From contig LDXO01000005.1 of the NCBI GenBank assembly GCA_001443455.1, positions 67,660-131,659 on the forward strand: a stretch of 64,000 bases of DNA. Direction: 5' to 3'. The position numbers and the translations under genes were made by a program. The DNA is from Deltaproteobacteria bacterium CSP1-8 (GTDB lineage: Bacteria; Desulfobacterota; Deferrimicrobia; Deferrimicrobiales; Deferrimicrobiaceae). Each line of letters begins with the position of its first letter. Position 1 is the first letter of the stretch. Shown piece after piece: positions 59,100-64,000 of the stretch. The notes under the pieces were generated by a model. That model did no database searches, was not told the DNA's origin, and saw only the letters and a program-made list of their open reading frames with translations.

Positions 59100-59789
59100 A
59101 TGAAGGTGCTGCTCGGCATATCCGGCGCAAGCGGCGCCGTCTACGGCGTCCGTACCGGCGAGGCGCTTTGCTCCCGGGGGGTGGACCTGCACCTGATCGT
59201 CACCGCGACGGCGTGGGAAATCCTGGACCAGGAGATCGGGACGGGGAAGATCCCCCCGCCGGGCACGACGCGCAGGAGCCGGCTGCCCGGCATGGGGCTG
59301 CCGGGGAGGAAACGTTGGCTTGCGGAGAGGATGTCCGCGCCTCCGGGGGCGTTCCACCTGCACGCGGAGGGCGATTTCACCATCCCCTTCACCTCCGGGT
59401 CCAACCCTCCGGACGCCATGATCATCGCTCCCTGTTCGATGGGGATGCTCGGGCGGATCGCCCACGGTGTGTCGTCTTCGGTCCTCTCCCGGTGCGCCGA
59501 TGTCGTCCTGAAGGAAAGGAGGACGCTGGTGGTCGTTCCGCGGGAGACCCCGCTGTCCATCATTCACCTGGAGAACATGCTCGCCCTGGCACGAGCGGGG
59601 GCGGATATCCTTCCGGCGTCCCCGGGGTTCTACCATCGCCCGGCCACCGTCGGGGAGATGGTCGACTTCGTCGTCTCCCGGATCCTCCAGCGGATCGGGA
59701 TCGACGCGGGGCTCACCGGCAAGTGGGGCGAGGCGTCCGAACCGTCGAAGAAGGGGAACCGGGCCGGTCGGCGGGGCACGGGCTCCTAA
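59100..59789 (+). CDS. ubiX: Flavin prenyltransferase
   Basis: GISGASGA, SGS, APCSMG and KERRTLVVVPRETP. Confidence 0.92.
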   Translation: MKVLLGISGASGAVYGVRTGEALCSRGVDLHLIVTATAWEILDQEIGTGKIPPPGTTRRSRLPGMGLPGRKRWLAERMSAPPGAFHLHAEGDFTIPFTSGSNPPDAMIIAPCSMGMLGRIAHGVSSSVLSRCADVVLKERRTLVVVPRETPLSIIHLENMLALARAGADILPASPGFYHRPATVGEMVDFVVSRILQRIGIDAGLTGKWGEASEPSKKGNRAGRRGTGS

Positions 59790-59850
59790 CGCAAGCGAAT
59801 CCCCTTCGCAGCCCGGGAGGGCGGCGCGGGGAACAAAGGAGGTTCCCTCC

Positions 59851-60207
59851 ATGAAACGGATCCTGGTGGTCGACGACGAGGAGAACATACGTGAACTGTA
59901 CCGGGACGAGCTTGTCGAGGAGGGATACGAGGTGGAGCTGGCCGAGGACGGGCTCGAAGCGCTGAACAAGTTCGACTCGTTCCGCCCGGATCTCGTGACG
60001 CTCGACGTGAAGATGCCCGGGCTCGACGGCCTCGAGGTGCTCCAGCGGATCCGGGAGAAAAGCGCGTCGGTGCCGGTTCTCCTGCTGACCGCGTTCGGGG
60101 AGTTCAAGCAGGATTTCACCACCTGGGCATCGGACGCCTACATCGTGAAGTCCCACGACACGAAGGAGTTGAAGACCACCGTACGGAGGCTGCTGGGGGG
60201 GAAATGA
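59851..60207 (+). CDS. Single-domain response regulator
   Basis: ILVVDDE, LDVKMP (phospho-Asp) and YIVK. Confidence 0.92.
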   Translation: MKRILVVDDEENIRELYRDELVEEGYEVELAEDGLEALNKFDSFRPDLVTLDVKMPGLDGLEVLQRIREKSASVPVLLLTAFGEFKQDFTTWASDAYIVKSHDTKELKTTVRRLLGGK

Positions 60208-61304
60208 CGGTCCTCTCCCTTCTCTCCGAGGCGATCTTCGGGAAGAAACTCCCGGACTCCACCCGGGAGGTTTCGCTCGCGGGGGCGCTGACCTCCGGCT
60301 TCTACGAAGTGTCCCAGGCGATGAACACGACGGCAGGCGACGTGCAGAACAACCTCGACCTGATCGCCTCCGCCGCCACCTCCATTCTGCGCATGGAGAG
60401 GGTCGTCATCCTCCTCAAGGAGCGCGGGGAAGAGGAGCTCGCCGTCCGGGCGGTGGCGGGAATCCCGCGGGGAAGGCAGTTCGAGAAGTACCGCCAGGAG
60501 GTCCACGACAACGTCTTCGGCCAGATCATGGCGAGCGGCGAGGGGATGATCGTTTCCGAGGCGCGGCTGGGGCCCGAGAGGAGGCTTTTGCGCCTCATGC
60601 GGCGCCTCGATGTCAAGGGGTTCCTCGCCGCCCCCATCCGGGGGCCTTCCGGGATCGTCGGGGTGCTGGCCGCCGCCTCTCCCCTCGACCGGAGGGAGCT
60701 CTACGAGACCGACCTGAAGCTTCTTTCCGTGATGGCGAACTTCGCGGGAGTGGCGATCGAGAACGCCAACCTCGTGGGACGGCTCCACAGGAAGGCGAAG
60801 AAGCTCACGGCGATCTTCCAGATCAGCAGAGCGCTGAACGAGGAGAGCGACCCGGCGGTCCTGTTCCAGCTCATCATCGACCACGCCACGGACCTGATGG
60901 GAGCCCCCAGCGGCACCATGATCCTCATCGACAGGCGGTCCGGCGTTCTGCGGATCGAGGCCGAGCGGGGCCTCGGGCCGGAAGTCAAGGAGGAGATCCT
61001 CCTCCGGATCGGGGAAGGGATCACCGGGTGGGTGGCCAAGGAGGGCAAGCCCGCGCTCGTCCGCGATGTGCGGGAGGATTCCCGGTACGTGGAGGCGAAT
61101 CCGAAGGTGCGGTCGGAGCTGGCGGTCCCGGTCAAGTGGGGGGCCGAAGTCGTCGGCGTCCTGAACCTCGATCACTACAGCCCGGACGCTTTTGCCGAGG
61201 AGGACCTGGACCTGCTCACCGCCTTCGCGAACGTCGCCGCCGTGGCGCTCAAGAACGCGAAAGTGCTCGACGGGGGCGGCAAGGGCGGGAAAGAACAACC
61301 GTGA
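60204..61304 (+). CDS. Tandem GAF-domain protein without output domain
   Basis: Two GAF-like units (FLAAPI..VGVL and GITGWVAKEGKP..SELAVP..GVLNLD). Confidence 0.85.
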   Translation: MTVLSLLSEAIFGKKLPDSTREVSLAGALTSGFYEVSQAMNTTAGDVQNNLDLIASAATSILRMERVVILLKERGEEELAVRAVAGIPRGRQFEKYRQEVHDNVFGQIMASGEGMIVSEARLGPERRLLRLMRRLDVKGFLAAPIRGPSGIVGVLAAASPLDRRELYETDLKLLSVMANFAGVAIENANLVGRLHRKAKKLTAIFQISRALNEESDPAVLFQLIIDHATDLMGAPSGTMILIDRRSGVLRIEAERGLGPEVKEEILLRIGEGITGWVAKEGKPALVRDVREDSRYVEANPKVRSELAVPVKWGAEVVGVLNLDHYSPDAFAEEDLDLLTAFANVAAVALKNAKVLDGGGKGGKEQP

Positions 61305-61401
61305 CGGCCTCCCCGGCCGGCGCCAAAAGAATTCCCTCCGGTCGAAATATTCCTCATAATAGGCGAAAACCGGCGATTTCGGGGAATGTGCGGGTGAGAA
61401 T

Positions 61402-62361
61402 GTGGGAAACGCCGTAATCATCGCGAGGCCTTTGTGGACGGTCCTCCGCGGCGCCGCCCGGTTCCTGGAGCAGGACGGGTACCGGGTGGAGGAGACGTCC
61501 TCCTGGTCCCGGCTCCTGGACTCCGGGCTTTCCGTAAGCCTTTTGTCCGGCATCCTGCTGGGGGATCACGGGGAAACGGCGGAGCAACTCGAGGTCATAC
61601 GCCGGTTCCGGGAGCGGAAAGGGGCCCTGGGCGTGCCCATCATCCTGGTGGGGGGGATGAACGCCATCCTCCGGGCCGAGAAGTTCCGCTCGTCCGGCGT
61701 GGACATCGTGCTTCCCGCCGACATCTCCCCCGAGGACCTCGTCGAGCGGGCGAAGCCCCTCCTGCACTACGGCTCTCTGTACCAGTCGCTGTCGGAAACC
61801 AACCGGGAACTCCGCGAGCTCTCCATGCAGGACGACCTGACGGGGCTTCCCAACCGGAGGCATTTCTCCCTCGACCTCACCCGGAACGTCGAAATGGCCC
61901 GCCGAATCGGCCGTTCCCTGTCCTGCATCCTAGTGGACATCGACGACTTCAAGAGGATCAACGACGATTTCGGACACCCCGAGGGGGACAGCGTGATCCG
62001 GCAGTTCGGAAATGTGCTCATTGCGGTGAAACGGACCTATGACACGGTGGCGCGCCTGGGGGGAGACGAGTTCGCCTGGCTTCTCATGGATGCCGACCCG
62101 GAGAAGGCGCTCCACGCCGCGGAGCGGGCGCACCGGCTGGTGAACGAGAGCGTGTTCGAGGTCGCCGGAACCCCGACGAAGCTCACCGCCACGTTCGGCG
62201 TCTCCTCGCTCCTGCCGGGCGTGGAGATCAGCGCCGACGACCTTGTGGGAAACGCGGACCGGGCATTATACTGGGGAAAGGAAAGCGGGAAGAACACCGT
62301 CCGGTTCTACCCGAAGAAAAAGACGGAAAGCGATGCTGAGGCAGATACTCACCTATCCTGA
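61402..62361 (+). CDS. Diguanylate cyclase with degenerate receiver domain
   Basis: DDLTGLPNRR, DIDDFKRIND, RTYD I-site and RLGGDEF. Confidence 0.92.
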   Translation: MGNAVIIARPLWTVLRGAARFLEQDGYRVEETSSWSRLLDSGLSVSLLSGILLGDHGETAEQLEVIRRFRERKGALGVPIILVGGMNAILRAEKFRSSGVDIVLPADISPEDLVERAKPLLHYGSLYQSLSETNRELRELSMQDDLTGLPNRRHFSLDLTRNVEMARRIGRSLSCILVDIDDFKRINDDFGHPEGDSVIRQFGNVLIAVKRTYDTVARLGGDEFAWLLMDADPEKALHAAERAHRLVNESVFEVAGTPTKLTATFGVSSLLPGVEISADDLVGNADRALYWGKESGKNTVRFYPKKKTESDAEADTHLS

Positions 62362-62806
62362 CCCGTTCCTGTCGACCCGGGCGCTTCCCGTGAAGCGCGT
62401 GGACGGGAAAATCCGCGACCTGATCCGGGACATGTTCGAGACGATGTACGCCTCGAACGGGATCGGGCTGGCGGCGACGCAGGTCGGCGTGGGGAAGCGC
62501 GTGATCGTGGTGGACGTCTCCCCCGCGGTGGAGGAGGAGGTCAAGCCGCTTGCCCTCGTCAACCCGGAGATCGTCGAGAAATGGGGTTGGGTCGAGGGGA
62601 CCGAGGGGTGCCTGAGCGTCCCCGGAGTCGAAGGGATGGTCTGTCGGGCCGAGTCGGTCGTCGTCCGGGGGAGGAACGAGGACGGCGACCCCGTCACCGT
62701 CGAGGCGGACGGTCTCCTGTCCCGCGCCATCCAGCATGAGATCGATCATCTGGAAGGGATCCTGTTCATCGACAGGCTCGCCGCCGCCCCCGCCTCCGCG
62801 AAATAA
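62333..62806 (+). CDS. def: Peptide deformylase
   Basis: GIGLAATQVG, EGCLSVP and QHEIDHL. Confidence 0.96.
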   Translation: MLRQILTYPDPFLSTRALPVKRVDGKIRDLIRDMFETMYASNGIGLAATQVGVGKRVIVVDVSPAVEEEVKPLALVNPEIVEKWGWVEGTEGCLSVPGVEGMVCRAESVVVRGRNEDGDPVTVEADGLLSRAIQHEIDHLEGILFIDRLAAAPASAK

Positions 62807-63738
62807 TGCCCCGATACCGCGTGGTCTTCCTGGGAACCCCGGCGTTCGCGGTTCCCTCGCTGGCCGCGCTTGCCCGCACCGAGGAGGTCACCCTGGTCGT
62901 CACGAACCCCGACCGCCCCGCCGGCCGGGGGCGGGCTCTCACGATCCCCCCGGTGAAGGCGGAGGCGGAACGGCTCGGAATCCCGGTCTTTCAGCCGGAG
63001 AAGGCGAGGCACCCCGACTCGGTGGCGCGGATCGCCGCCGAACGGCCCGACCTGATCGTCGTGGTGGCGTACGGGCAGATTCTCCCCCAGGAGGTCCTCG
63101 ACATCCCGAAACGGATGTGCATCAACGTCCACGCGTCGCTTCTGCCCCGGTACCGCGGGGCCGCGCCGATCAACTGGGCGATCGCCCGGGGGGAGACGAT
63201 GACGGGCGTGACGATCATGAAGATGGACGCGGGGATGGACACGGGGCCGATGCTTAACGTGCGCACGATGCCGATCGGGGAGGACGACACGGCGGAGACG
63301 ATGTTCCCCAAGCTTTCCGCCCTCGGCGCGGAGGCCCTGACCGAGGCTCTCGGGATGCTTCGCCGGGGGACCCTCGCCGGGACCCCCCAGGACGGGGCGA
63401 TGGCGACCTACGCCCCGATGCTGAAAAAAGAGCACGGGCGCATCGACTGGGAAAAGCCCGCCCGGGAGGTGCGGGACCTGGTCCGGGGGATGACCCCGTG
63501 GCCCTCCGCCTGCGCGGACCACGCCGGGAAGATGGTGAAGATCCTGGCCGCCTCGGTCCAGGAAGGGAAGGGGGCGCCCGGCGAGATCCTCTCGGTCGAC
63601 CGGGAAGGGATCGTGGTCGCCTGCGGGGAGGGGGCCGTCCGGCTGGGGAAGGTACAGCCCGAGGGGGGCAGGGCGATGTCCTCCTGGGAATACGCGCAGG
63701 GCCGGCGCGTCCGGAAGGGGGACCGGCTATCTCCGTAA
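62806..63738 (+). CDS. fmt: Methionyl-tRNA formyltransferase
   Basis: FLGTPAFA, INVHASLLPRYRGAAPI and GMDTGP. Confidence 0.96.
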   Translation: MPRYRVVFLGTPAFAVPSLAALARTEEVTLVVTNPDRPAGRGRALTIPPVKAEAERLGIPVFQPEKARHPDSVARIAAERPDLIVVVAYGQILPQEVLDIPKRMCINVHASLLPRYRGAAPINWAIARGETMTGVTIMKMDAGMDTGPMLNVRTMPIGEDDTAETMFPKLSALGAEALTEALGMLRRGTLAGTPQDGAMATYAPMLKKEHGRIDWEKPAREVRDLVRGMTPWPSACADHAGKMVKILAASVQEGKGAPGEILSVDREGIVVACGEGAVRLGKVQPEGGRAMSSWEYAQGRRVRKGDRLSP

Positions 63739-64000
63739 GGGAAGCGGCGCTTCGGATCCTTTCCCGGGTGGACCGGGGAGGAGCGTACGCGGATATTCTC
63801 CTCGACCGGTCGCAGCGGTCGTTTTCCGACCCGCGGGACCGGGCGCTCCTCACCGAACTCGTCATGGGAACGCTTCGGCGCCGCGGCACCCTCGATTTTA
63901 CCCTTTCTTCCCTTCTCGCCCGCCCGATCGAACGGGCCGACCCCGTCGCGCGCAACGCACTGCGTCTGGGCGCCTACCAGCTTCTCTACACCCGCGCGCC
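63729..64000 (+). CDS. rsmB: 16S rRNA m5C967 methyltransferase, NusB-like N-terminal part (3'-truncated)
   Basis: VREAALRIL..AYADILLD..RDRALLTELVMGTLR..LRLGAYQL. Follows def-fmt. Start codon uncertain. Confidence 0.85.
   Translation, partial: MSVREAALRILSRVDRGGAYADILLDRSQRSFSDPRDRALLTELVMGTLRRRGTLDFTLSSLLARPIERADPVARNALRLGAYQLLYTRA

Overview
GC-rich bacterial window with deltaproteobacterial-type gene content (split atp F0 operon next to hemL, futalosine-type ubiD/ubiA/ubiX, selB). The lineage is inferred from gene content only. Layout: (1) 1-5.1 kb and 8.6-16.8 kb hold + strand acyl-CoA metabolism genes mixed with many unknown small proteins. These include two diverged copies of a cassette: family III CoA-transferase, a Cys4 'NYLDPxxFWN' protein and a small Cys4 protein. 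The second copy is followed by an unknown 124-aa protein and a benzoate-CoA-ligase-family enzyme. (2) hemL-atpZ-atpI-atpB-atpE lie on the - strand. (3) An AI-2E transporter and a thioesterase sit between 126-bp near-identical inverted repeats, followed by a short U32-family Fe-S protein. (4) Two complex I operons lie head to tail over 24 kb: an 11-subunit nuoABCDHIJKLMN lacking the NADH module, then a full 14-subunit nuoA-N. (5) A catalytically dead-looking rhomboid, two multicopper oxidases, an ankyrin lipoprotein and an FKBP. (6) selB, Smr, arsR/arsC, ubiD-ubiA-ubiX, a receiver-GAF-GGDEF module, def-fmt-rsmB. A family of structured, mosaic intergenic repeats recurs through the window. Two copies have 25-bp imperfect terminal inverted repeats and sit inside the second nuo operon, so they look like MITEs. 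No rRNA, tRNA, CRISPR array or transposase was recognised. All alignments and identities were made by eye.
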